The translations under genes and the position numbers were made by a program. From positions 28,445 to 92,444 of the forward strand of contig CAAFMS010000013.1 in the NCBI GenBank assembly GCA_900764105.1: a DNA stretch of 64,000 nucleotides, read 5' to 3'. Within the stretch, counting starts at the first letter, position 1. Each line of letters begins with the position of its first letter. Below the pieces are notes generated by a model, which made no database searches, was not told the DNA's origin, and saw only the letters and a list, made by a program, of their open reading frames with translations. Below, one piece after another: positions 49,447-57,537 of this stretch. This DNA is from Clostridia bacterium (lineage in GTDB: Bacteria; Bacillota; Clostridia; Christensenellales; Borkfalkiaceae).

Positions 49447-49532
49447 TTGATAAAAACGCTCCCTTTATGCAAGGGAGCGTTTTTACGGAAAAAGATAAAA
49501 TAATAAGTTTTAACAAAGGCGACGAACGAAGT

Positions 49533-49793
49533 ATGAAAAAAATAACTTTAAAAATCGACGGAATGAGATGCGGAATGTGCGAAACGCACGTCTGCGACTT
49601 TATAAGAAAGAATTTTAACGTAAAAAAAGTTACCGCTTCGCATTTAAAGGGCGAAGCGACGATAATCAGCGAATATCACATAGACGCAGAGCAGTTAAAA
49701 AACGTAATCGGCAGTACGGGGTATCGCGTATCGGACGTGACGGAAGAGGAATACGTTAAAAAAGGAATTCTCGGTTTATTCAAGAAAGACTGA
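49533..49793 (+). CDS. Heavy-metal-associated (HMA) domain protein.
   Basis: GMRCGMCETHV metal-binding MxCxxC motif. Start at MKKITLKIDG; the ORF track start at 49467 overlaps the upstream terminator. Confidence 0.65.
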   Translation: MKKITLKIDGMRCGMCETHVCDFIRKNFNVKKVTASHLKGEATIISEYHIDAEQLKNVIGSTGYRVSDVTEEEYVKKGILGLFKKD

Positions 49794-49839
49794 AAGACTG
49801 CTTAGCGGCGGGGCGGTTGGAGTCTTATCGGCAGACAAA

Positions 49840-49978
49840 ACCCGAAAGAGTATATGAACCCCGAAGGAGTTTATGAACCCCGAAAGAGTTTATAAATCCC
49901 GAATAAAACCCGAAAAGGGCAGATAAAACCCGAAAAAAAGTTCCCTCTTGACATTTTCGGGTTTGTCGGGTATACTGT
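49840..49978 (+). promoter_or_regulatory. Tandem direct repeats followed by a perfect consensus sigma-A promoter upstream of the protease gene.
   Basis: tatgaaccccgaaggagt / ttatgaaccccgaaagagt / ttataaatcccgaataaaa / cccgaaaagggcagataaaacccgaaaaaaag, then ttgaca-17-tatact (49949-49977). About 125-nt 5'UTR. Confidence 0.5.
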
Positions 49979-50105
49979 ATTTATTCGTCGGGCATATATA
50001 GTTGCTTTTCGGCGTCTCGGACTTTCGGTCTTACCGAATTTTCGGGCTTGGGTCTGAAAAGAGTCGTTTTTACGCTCGCAACCTGATTTTTATTTCGGAG
50101 AAAAT

Positions 50106-52130
50106 ATGAAAAAACGTAAAATTTCCCTATTCGCTTTATTTGCCGTTTTGTTTTCGGCAAGTTTGTTCGTTACCGTATCCTTCGCAAAGACGGCGGACGG
50201 AGAAAGTTATAAAACGCTTTCGTATAGAACCCTTCCCTCTTTGGAGGAAATCGTTTCGTTACCCGAGTATGATGGAAGAGATTACGGGATAATTACGCCC
50301 GTTAAAGATCAGGGATCGACGAATTTATGCTGGGCGTATTCGTCGATTGCGGCGTCGGAAGCGTCGATTGTCCGCTCGGGACTTAAACCGCTTGATGAAG
50401 TAAACCTGAATCCGACTGCCGCCGCATACAGAGTGAACAACCGAGGTAATGATCCGCTCGGCAATACAAGCGGAAATTACGTCTCGGGCGATTTTACGAC
50501 TTTCACGGGAAATCCGTCGAAAATCGCAACGATTTTTTCGGGGTGGTGGGGTCCCGTAAGCGGAGCGAACGCTACCGTCGATCCGTTTGAAAATTCCGAA
50601 TTTCGCCTCGAAAACGCCGTGCATATTCCCGAAAACAAGAACGACCCCGCTCTTCGCGTCGCCGAAATAAAAAAGGCGATTGCAAAGTACGGCGCAGTCA
50701 CTTTTCAGTATAACAATCGGAACAATATCTACTACTACAACCCGAAAAACGAAAAGAGCGGTTCGTCCTATCCTCACGCGTGCGCGATTGTCGGCTGGAA
50801 CGACAATATTCCTGCAGAGAATTTTGCTCCCGACGGCGCGACGATGAACGGCGGATGGCTTATCAAAAACAGTTATTCTGCGCTTCCCTCGGGATATCCG
50901 TATTTTTACATTTCTTACGACAATACGAGTTCGAGTATGTACGCCTTTTCCTACGCCGAAAGAAAAGCGTATGACAGAAATTATTATTACGACGGCGATA
51001 TAGACGATTTTCCTTTGCGAAACGACAAACACGTTGCAAACGTCTATCGGGCAGGGAGCGAAGTTTCGGGAAAAACCGAAAAAATAACCGCTGTAAACGT
51101 CGGAGTTGAGGGAAACGGCTACACCTTGGAAGCGGAAATATATACGGGGCTTTCCTCGCCGTTCGAAGCGGAAAACGCGCCCGTCGCAGGGGGAAAATCG
51201 GTCGCTAAAAAAACGATGAGTTTCGATTACGGCGGATACGTCACCATGCGACTCGACGAGCCTGTAAGCCTTTCCGCAGGCGAATGGTTTTCGGTCGTCG
51301 TTCGCGTTGTCGAGGGAAATGCGAAGATTCGCCTCGGGGTGAAAAACAGCAAGACACTTTCGTACGCCGGAAGTTACGGAAACTATGTAAAATTCGAGAA
51401 TTACGTCGGCAGAATCAAGGCGTTTACGACTTTTTACGAAACCGAAACGCACGTCCATTCTTTAAAGAAAATCGAAAAAAGAGCCGCGACTTGCGTTGCG
51501 GACGGAAATATCGAATACTACGTTTGCGAATCCTGCGGAAAACTCTTCTCGGACGGAGAGGGGGTAAAGGAAATAGATTATTCCGAAACCGTTATTCCGA
51601 AAGGACATTCGTTCGGCGAATGGATAGACGAAATCCCGCCCGATTCCGAGCGTGACGGAGTGAAAGGGCATAGAGATTGTTTGATTTGCGGAAAGCATTT
51701 TGACAGAGAAAACAACGAAATTGCCGACCTTACGATAAAAAAAGACCAAGAATCGTCGTCCGAAACCGAATCGGGATCGGACAAAACCGAAGAATCGGAA
51801 AGCGAGGACGGCTCGCAATCCGAATCTATGGCGGATACGGGCGAACCGCAAGAAAGCGAGTCCGATTTGACGAATTCGGAAGGGGAAGATAATATCGGCT
51901 CCGCATCGTCCGAAAGCAAGAGCGGTGAAGAATCGTCCTCGTCGGACGAGCAGAGCGGCAATTCCGTTTCCTCGGGGCAGAGCGGCAATTCCGTTTCTTC
52001 GGGCAATAATGGCGGCGAAGATAAAAACGAGAGTTCGTGTATGTCGGCATTATCCGCGGGAGCAACGCTATTCAACGCCGTAATTATCATTGCGGCAGTA
52101 TGCCTTTTAATAAAAAAGCGTCGGCAATAA
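50106..52130 (+). CDS. Secreted, membrane-anchored papain-like (C1 family) cysteine peptidase.
   Basis: Signal peptide, then a C1 active-site Cys motif QGSTNLCWAYSS. A later CxxC...CxxC Zn-ribbon-like module (CESCGK...CLICGK). An S/E-rich acidic linker. C-terminal TM helix LFNAVIIIAAVCLLIKKRRQ. 674 aa. Confidence 0.65.
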   Translation: MKKRKISLFALFAVLFSASLFVTVSFAKTADGESYKTLSYRTLPSLEEIVSLPEYDGRDYGIITPVKDQGSTNLCWAYSSIAASEASIVRSGLKPLDEVNLNPTAAAYRVNNRGNDPLGNTSGNYVSGDFTTFTGNPSKIATIFSGWWGPVSGANATVDPFENSEFRLENAVHIPENKNDPALRVAEIKKAIAKYGAVTFQYNNRNNIYYYNPKNEKSGSSYPHACAIVGWNDNIPAENFAPDGATMNGGWLIKNSYSALPSGYPYFYISYDNTSSSMYAFSYAERKAYDRNYYYDGDIDDFPLRNDKHVANVYRAGSEVSGKTEKITAVNVGVEGNGYTLEAEIYTGLSSPFEAENAPVAGGKSVAKKTMSFDYGGYVTMRLDEPVSLSAGEWFSVVVRVVEGNAKIRLGVKNSKTLSYAGSYGNYVKFENYVGRIKAFTTFYETETHVHSLKKIEKRAATCVADGNIEYYVCESCGKLFSDGEGVKEIDYSETVIPKGHSFGEWIDEIPPDSERDGVKGHRDCLICGKHFDRENNEIADLTIKKDQESSSETESGSDKTEESESEDGSQSESMADTGEPQESESDLTNSEGEDNIGSASSESKSGEESSSSDEQSGNSVSSGQSGNSVSSGNNGGEDKNESSCMSALSAGATLFNAVIIIAAVCLLIKKRRQ

Positions 52131-52240
52131 AATCAATATTTTTAATGCAATCGCCTGTGGCTACGGAAGTAATATTTTACTTGCAAAGTTATATTGCTAT
52201 CGCAGTTATATTTACCTTGCGGTAAGTGTTGAGCGAAGTC

Positions 52241-52268
52241 GTAGGGGACGGCGCCCCCGACGTCCCGC
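52241..52268. repeat. Solo family A terminus adjoining composite repeat C.
   Basis: gtaggggacggcgcccccgacgtcccgc. The preceding about 90 bp (52141-52240) is about 80% identical to 63071-63160. Confidence 0.5.
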
Positions 52269-52374
52269 TTTTCTCTGTTTACAACCCCGTTTACTATACG
52301 CGATTGTTTCTTCGAAGTAAAATAGTCGGAAAGCTTTATCTGCCGATTTGCTGCGGGGAAATTAAAATCACTCG

Positions 52375-52530
52375 CCTGAATATAAAAATATTGCTCATTA
52401 AAAAGCGAAAAAGTTGCTCACGAAGAAGTGAAAATATTGCTCACTAAAAAGCAGAAAAGTTGCTCACATAATAGCAAAAAATTTGTTCAAAAGCATTGAC
52501 AAATCGCAGACTGTGGTATATAATGTGGCT
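52375..52530 (+). promoter_or_regulatory. Tandem 40-bp direct repeats (TTGCTCA half-sites) plus a consensus promoter upstream of the HNH gene.
   Basis: aatattgctcattaaaaagcgaaaaagttgctcacgaaga and aatattgctcactaaaaagcagaaaagttgctcacataat, then a degenerate third copy, then ttgaca-17-tatataat (52496-52525). Confidence 0.45.
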
Positions 52531-52762
52531 ATTCACAAGCGATGGCGTATTTAACGCTATTTTATGATTTGTCGAGAATGGTAATAATTTTACAAGGCGG
52601 CGGAAAATTTAATTGCGATTAAGAAGAGTATAGAAAAGGAAGGCGGCGTCGCCCCTTCGGTTTTGTGCGTTATATGCGGACTATTAAACGCTGCGTACGT
52701 TCGTCCGGACGGCGTTTACGTTACGCCTGTTACCGCTCTTAAAGATTAACGGGGGTGCTTTT

Positions 52763-53593
52763 ATGATTTGGTTTTTTATCGCCGCAATATGTTTGATTTT
52801 CGTTGCGGTCGTTTTTATCGTTCTAAGAGAAAGAAAATACAAAAAATTTATTCTCGAAAACAGCGTAACTCTCGGTAAACTTCGCGAGGTCAACGATAAA
52901 TATTATTTCTTTAACCTTGTCAATTACGATATGAGTAATACCTATGATAATCAGGACTTCTATAACGATATAAGTTGTCGGGATTACCTCACGTACCAAC
53001 TTCAATTTAAGAAAAAAGAGATTTCGGAACAGATTTTCAAAGCGGAAAAGAACAGGGAAAATTATCGCAAATACAGAGACGAAATAAAGTCGATAAACAA
53101 AATAGGGACATTTCGCGACGATACGGGGAAACTAAATAAAGAAAAACTTATAAAAACGGAAAAGAAAATATGCAATAAAACCGCGCTTTCTCCGTCGCTC
53201 GATTATTCGGTAAAGGTAACGTTATATTGTTCTAAGATAAACGGAAGGAAATATGAGGGTAAAAGTCAAATATTTTCTTCCGACGATATACTTTTTATCA
53301 TATCGAAAGGGATAGACGATAAAATCGGTCAGTTCTATAAAAATAAGGACGTATGGGACTCTATATGTCGGGTTGAGCGTGGAAAAGTGTCTAACGCAAT
53401 GAGGTTTTCTATATATAAACGCGATGGTTATAGATGCCGAATGTGCGGAATTTCGGACAGGTTTGCAAATCTTGAAGTCGACCATATAATTCCGATTTCC
53501 AAAGGCGGGAAATCGACTTACGACAACCTGCAAACGTTGTGCCACAGGTGCAACGTACAGAAGGGCAATAGTATGCCGTATAAAAAACATTGA
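52763..53593 (+). CDS. Membrane-anchored HNH endonuclease-domain protein, AT-rich.
   Basis: N-terminal TM helix IWFFIAAICLIFVAVVFIVL. About 190 aa of unknown K/E-rich domain. C-terminal HNH motif RDGYRCRMCG...LEVDHIIPISKGG...DNLQTLCHRCNVQKG. Markedly lower GC than its neighbours. Confidence 0.65.
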   Translation: MIWFFIAAICLIFVAVVFIVLRERKYKKFILENSVTLGKLREVNDKYYFFNLVNYDMSNTYDNQDFYNDISCRDYLTYQLQFKKKEISEQIFKAEKNRENYRKYRDEIKSINKIGTFRDDTGKLNKEKLIKTEKKICNKTALSPSLDYSVKVTLYCSKINGRKYEGKSQIFSSDDILFIISKGIDDKIGQFYKNKDVWDSICRVERGKVSNAMRFSIYKRDGYRCRMCGISDRFANLEVDHIIPISKGGKSTYDNLQTLCHRCNVQKGNSMPYKKH

Positions 53594-53606
53594 CGATTTG
53601 AGAATA

Positions 53607-53682
53607 TAAAAGCGGCTGTAAAGGATATAGAGTAAGACGGCGGTTTTGCCGTTATGCCAAGTATCCTTTACAGCCGCTTTGG
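53607..53682. terminator. Long bidirectional terminator hairpin between the HNH gene and pgm.
   Basis: aaagcggctgtaaaggata ... tatcctttacagccgcttt (18-bp stem). Confidence 0.6.
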
Positions 53683-53711
53683 TTGTTTAGATTATTATTT
53701 ACTGAATTCCG

Positions 53712-55346
53712 TTATAAAGTCGTCGAAACGTAGGCGAGAAGGTCGTCTTTTAATTTCGCCGACTTTTCTTCCGTTTCCGCATTCGTCAATGCGTAAAATT
53801 TCAACTTCGGCTCCGTGCCGCTCGGTCTTACTACGAGTTCGAATCCGTCGCCTTTGTATTTCAGTACGTCGCTCTTCGGTAGTCCGTCTATTCCGAGGGA
53901 GTAGTCCTTTACGCTTTCGACCTTTCGTCCGAGTATCTCTTTCGGCGAATTGCTTCTAAGGTTTTTCATAAAGTCCGACATAAATATCATTCCTTGTTCG
54001 CCCTCGAAATACTTCGAGTAAAGCCCCGTCGAATAATATCCGAATTTTTCGTAAATATCGTTTAAAGCCTCGATTAAATCAAGTCCTTTTTCCTTATAGT
54101 AGCACACCGCTTCGACTATCGTCATTACCGCCGAAATCGAGTCTTTATCCCTCGCGTGAACGCCGACCAAGTAGCCGTAACTCTCTTCCATTCCGAACAG
54201 GAAATTCTCTTTTTTCGCCCTGTCTATCGTCTCGCCGATATACTTGAAACCCGTGAGTACGCTGTAAGTTTTTACGCCGAACGCCGCCGCGATTTTTTCG
54301 ATGAGCGGAGAAGATACGACCGTTTCGACAACGTAGGAATTTTTCGGGATTTCGCCTTTCGCCTTTCTCACGCTGAGAAGATAGTATTCCATAAGCGCGC
54401 CTGTTTCGTTGCCGTTGAACAGCCTGTACGAACCGTCCTTGTCTCTTACCGCAATGCCCATTCTGTCCGCGTCGGGGTCGGTTGCGATAACGAGTTCCGC
54501 CTTTTCCTTTTCGGCGAGTTCCAACGCCTTTTTCAAAGCGGCTTTTTCTTCGGGGTTCGGGAACGGGCAAGTGGTGAAGTTGCCGTCGGGGTTTTCCTGC
54601 TCGGGAACGACCGTGTAGTCCGTAATTCCCATTTTCGCGAGTATTTTTCTGACGGGAACAAGCCCCGTGCCGTTGAGCGGAGTATATATTATCTTCGGGG
54701 CGAATTTCTTGTCGAACGGCAGAGAATAGCCGTAAATCGTATCGATAAATTCATCGAGAATTTCGTCGCCCAAAACGTGTACGAGCGACGGGTTTTTATC
54801 GAATTTCTCGAAATAATCGTGTTTTTCGATTAAGTCGGTCACTTCGTTTGCGGCTTCGTCGGTGAGTTGACAGCCTTTATCGTTGTACGCTTTGTAACCG
54901 TTGTATTCCTTCGGGTTATGACTTGCCGTAATGACAAGTCCGCCTCCCACGCCGAGACTTCGAACGGCAAACGAGAGTACGGGGGTAGGGGTCAAGCGGT
55001 CGAAAACGTAAGCCGTAACGCCGAAAGAAGAAAGTACGTCAGCCGCTAAAAAAGCGAATTCTCTCGACATATTTCTGCTGTCGTAGGCTATGCACGCCGA
55101 TTTTTTGCCGTTTGCGATAAGATAATCTGCAAAGCCCATAGTCGCCCTGCCGACCGTGTAAACGTTCATACGGTTAGTTCCGACGCCGATTTTGCCGCGA
55201 AGTCCGCCCGTGCCGAATTTCAGTTCTTTGTAAAATCTGTCGTTGATTTCGTCCGCATTGTCTTTTATGCTTTCGAGCTCGGCTTTTAAAGGGTCGCCGT
55301 CAGGCAGTTTTTTAAGCCATAACGAGTATTTTTCATTCATAAACAT
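53712..55346 (-). CDS. pgm: Phosphoglucomutase/phosphomannomutase (alpha-D-phosphohexomutase).
   Basis: TASHNPKEYNGYK phosphoserine loop and GDPDADR metal loop. 544 aa. Confidence 0.85.
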   Translation of the reverse strand: MFMNEKYSLWLKKLPDGDPLKAELESIKDNADEINDRFYKELKFGTGGLRGKIGVGTNRMNVYTVGRATMGFADYLIANGKKSACIAYDSRNMSREFAFLAADVLSSFGVTAYVFDRLTPTPVLSFAVRSLGVGGGLVITASHNPKEYNGYKAYNDKGCQLTDEAANEVTDLIEKHDYFEKFDKNPSLVHVLGDEILDEFIDTIYGYSLPFDKKFAPKIIYTPLNGTGLVPVRKILAKMGITDYTVVPEQENPDGNFTTCPFPNPEEKAALKKALELAEKEKAELVIATDPDADRMGIAVRDKDGSYRLFNGNETGALMEYYLLSVRKAKGEIPKNSYVVETVVSSPLIEKIAAAFGVKTYSVLTGFKYIGETIDRAKKENFLFGMEESYGYLVGVHARDKDSISAVMTIVEAVCYYKEKGLDLIEALNDIYEKFGYYSTGLYSKYFEGEQGMIFMSDFMKNLRSNSPKEILGRKVESVKDYSLGIDGLPKSDVLKYKGDGFELVVRPSGTEPKLKFYALTNAETEEKSAKLKDDLLAYVSTTL

Positions 55347-55354
55347 ACACCTTT

Positions 55355-56113
55355 TTAAACTTCCCTTCGCCTTGCGATTAAATATCCTATCGCGACGAAG
55401 ATTACAAAGTATATCGCCGAGCCTATGAGGGTTATGGCGATTGTTTTGTCGGTAAGGTTGAGACTCGTCGCGTTCTGAAGCATTTCGCCGAGCCAGTAGT
55501 TAAGGATATTGATTTTTGTATTTTTGCAATATCTTATTACGATTATCGAAACGAGCGAAAAGGTAAGAGGGAAAACTAAAATATGGGATAGTACCGTGGT
55601 GGCGATTGCTCCTCCGACGCCCTTGAACAATGAGGACAAACCGAAGAAAAATCCGCCGTATGCGATAATGACGGGAAGTTGAAGAAATACCGAACCCCAC
55701 AAACCTTTAGCGGGTTTCACTCTCGTGAGAAACGCCGCGCCGAACGCCATTGCGGACAATTCGCTGACGATAAAGAAAGCGACGCTGACCGCAACTACCG
55801 CTACAAGTTGAGATAAAAATATCGACGTTCTCGAATATCCCTTCGCTATAATATTTTTTATAGTGCCGCCTCCGAAGTCTGAAACCGCGTACAGCGACAC
55901 GAACACGGCAAGCGGTATGGGTACCACCGACGACGCTGTAATAACAGCGTCCCACATGCTCGGTTTATTCGATTCCGTCCATTCGTAGAGGACGTTTGAA
56001 AGACTTGAAATCAACGTGGTGAAAAATATCTGAAAAAGGACTACCGCCGCGCAGACGTAAAGACTTTTCATTCTGACCAGTTTCCTAAACTCAAACTTCA
56101 ACATATCAATCAT
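55355..56113 (-). CDS. ABC-2-type transporter permease.
   Basis: 6 TM helices. Overlaps the upstream ATPase stop by 4 nt. Confidence 0.6.
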   Translation of the reverse strand: MIDMLKFEFRKLVRMKSLYVCAAVVLFQIFFTTLISSLSNVLYEWTESNKPSMWDAVITASSVVPIPLAVFVSLYAVSDFGGGTIKNIIAKGYSRTSIFLSQLVAVVAVSVAFFIVSELSAMAFGAAFLTRVKPAKGLWGSVFLQLPVIIAYGGFFFGLSSLFKGVGGAIATTVLSHILVFPLTFSLVSIIVIRYCKNTKINILNYWLGEMLQNATSLNLTDKTIAITLIGSAIYFVIFVAIGYLIARRREV

Positions 56114-57006
56114 TTGCCCAACCTCTCTATAAAGTAATCTTCGAGTCCGCCGCCAAACACAGCGAGTTCTTCAACGGACACGCCCGATTTTATGAGCAGC
56201 GAGCCGTATGCAGCCGAGTTTACGGACGACTTGGGCAAAAGAAGTTCGTTTCCCTTTCTCTTTATCTCGATTTCGGGGAAGGCGTCGGCAAGTATTTTTT
56301 CCGCCTTTACGCCGTCGTCAACGACTATTTTCAGCCCGTTTTCGCATCGCTTTTGAATTTCCTCCGCAGATATTTCTTCTACGAGTTTTCCGTCGTTGAT
56401 TATTCCGTATTTCGTAACGATTTTCGCGAGTTCGTCGAGCAGGTGGCTCGATATTAAAAAGGTAACTCCTTTTTCCTCTTTTAGCCTTAAAATGCAGTCT
56501 CTTATTTCCTTTATTCCCTCGGGGTCGAGTCCGTTTACGGGTTCGTCCAAAATCATTATTTCGGGGTTGCCGAGCAGAGCGATCGCTATTCCGAGCCTTT
56601 GCTTCATGCCGAGCGAAAAGCGACCCGCTTTTTTATTACCCGTGTCCGACAGTCCGACGAGTTCGAGACAGTTTTTGATGTCCTCGTCCGTTCCGCCGCT
56701 TAAAATAGAAAATCGTTTCATATTTTCGTACGCGGTACAGTTTTTATAAAGCCCCGGGGTTTCGATAAGCGAGCCGATTTTTTTTCTTGCCTTGCTTTTT
56801 TCCTCGCCGCCGAAAAAGACGACGTCTCCCTCGTCTGGGAAGGCAAGTCCTAAAATAAGCCTCATGGCGGTGGTTTTTCCTGCGCCGTTTCTGCCTATAA
56901 ATCCGTAAATGTCGCCGCGGCAAAGGGTTATATTGACCTTATCCACCGCGACTTTGTTTTTAAATCTTTTCGTGAGATTTATCGTCTGCAAAACTATTTC
57001 GTTCAT
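56110..57006 (-). CDS. ABC transporter ATP-binding protein.
   Basis: Walker A GRNGAGKTT, signature SLGMKQRL, Walker B ILDEPVNGLD. 298 aa. Confidence 0.85.
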   Translation of the reverse strand: MNEIVLQTINLTKRFKNKVAVDKVNITLCRGDIYGFIGRNGAGKTTAMRLILGLAFPDEGDVVFFGGEEKSKARKKIGSLIETPGLYKNCTAYENMKRFSILSGGTDEDIKNCLELVGLSDTGNKKAGRFSLGMKQRLGIAIALLGNPEIMILDEPVNGLDPEGIKEIRDCILRLKEEKGVTFLISSHLLDELAKIVTKYGIINDGKLVEEISAEEIQKRCENGLKIVVDDGVKAEKILADAFPEIEIKRKGNELLLPKSSVNSAAYGSLLIKSGVSVEELAVFGGGLEDYFIERLGK

Positions 57007-57027
57007 AAAAACTCCTGTAAAGTTTGT

Positions 57028-57534
57028 CTATTCGATGTTTTTCGTCCTTGTGTTTTTTATATTTTTTACTATATAATATCCCGCTGTCGCTACCATAGAA
57101 CCGACGGTCGCTCCGAGCGTGTCCATTCCTACGTCGAGCCATTCAGAGCCTCTGCCTCGGATAAATTTTTGAAGTATAAATTCGTCCGAAAGGGCGACTA
57201 AAAAGCACAAGGCTATAGAAAACAACGCCGTATAATATTTTGGAACCTTGAAATCGAAAGAGACGAGGAACAAAAGCAGGAAAAACGACAGGGCGCAAAA
57301 TTCGAGCGAATGGGCGATTTCCCTGAGCGTAGGGTGGATACGCCGTACTTCGGCTTCCTTTTGAGGCTCGGACATATCTTTAAATCCGGGAACGATTACC
57401 GTCGCTACGATTTCGGTTACGTTTTTACTCGTTTCGGCTGATTTCTCGCCCGTTTTCGCCGAATTATATATGACGAAAGCAAGGCATAGAATAGTCATAA
57501 ACCCCGTTATAAGTCGATAAATCAACAATTTCAT
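57028..57534 (-). CDS. VanZ-like membrane protein.
   Basis: 4 TM helices and an R..H..EF..L..FLL motif (REIAHSLEFCALSFFL). Confidence 0.55.
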   Translation of the reverse strand: MKLLIYRLITGFMTILCLAFVIYNSAKTGEKSAETSKNVTEIVATVIVPGFKDMSEPQKEAEVRRIHPTLREIAHSLEFCALSFFLLLFLVSFDFKVPKYYTALFSIALCFLVALSDEFILQKFIRGRGSEWLDVGMDTLGATVGSMVATAGYYIVKNIKNTRTKNIE

Positions 57535-57537
57535 ATA

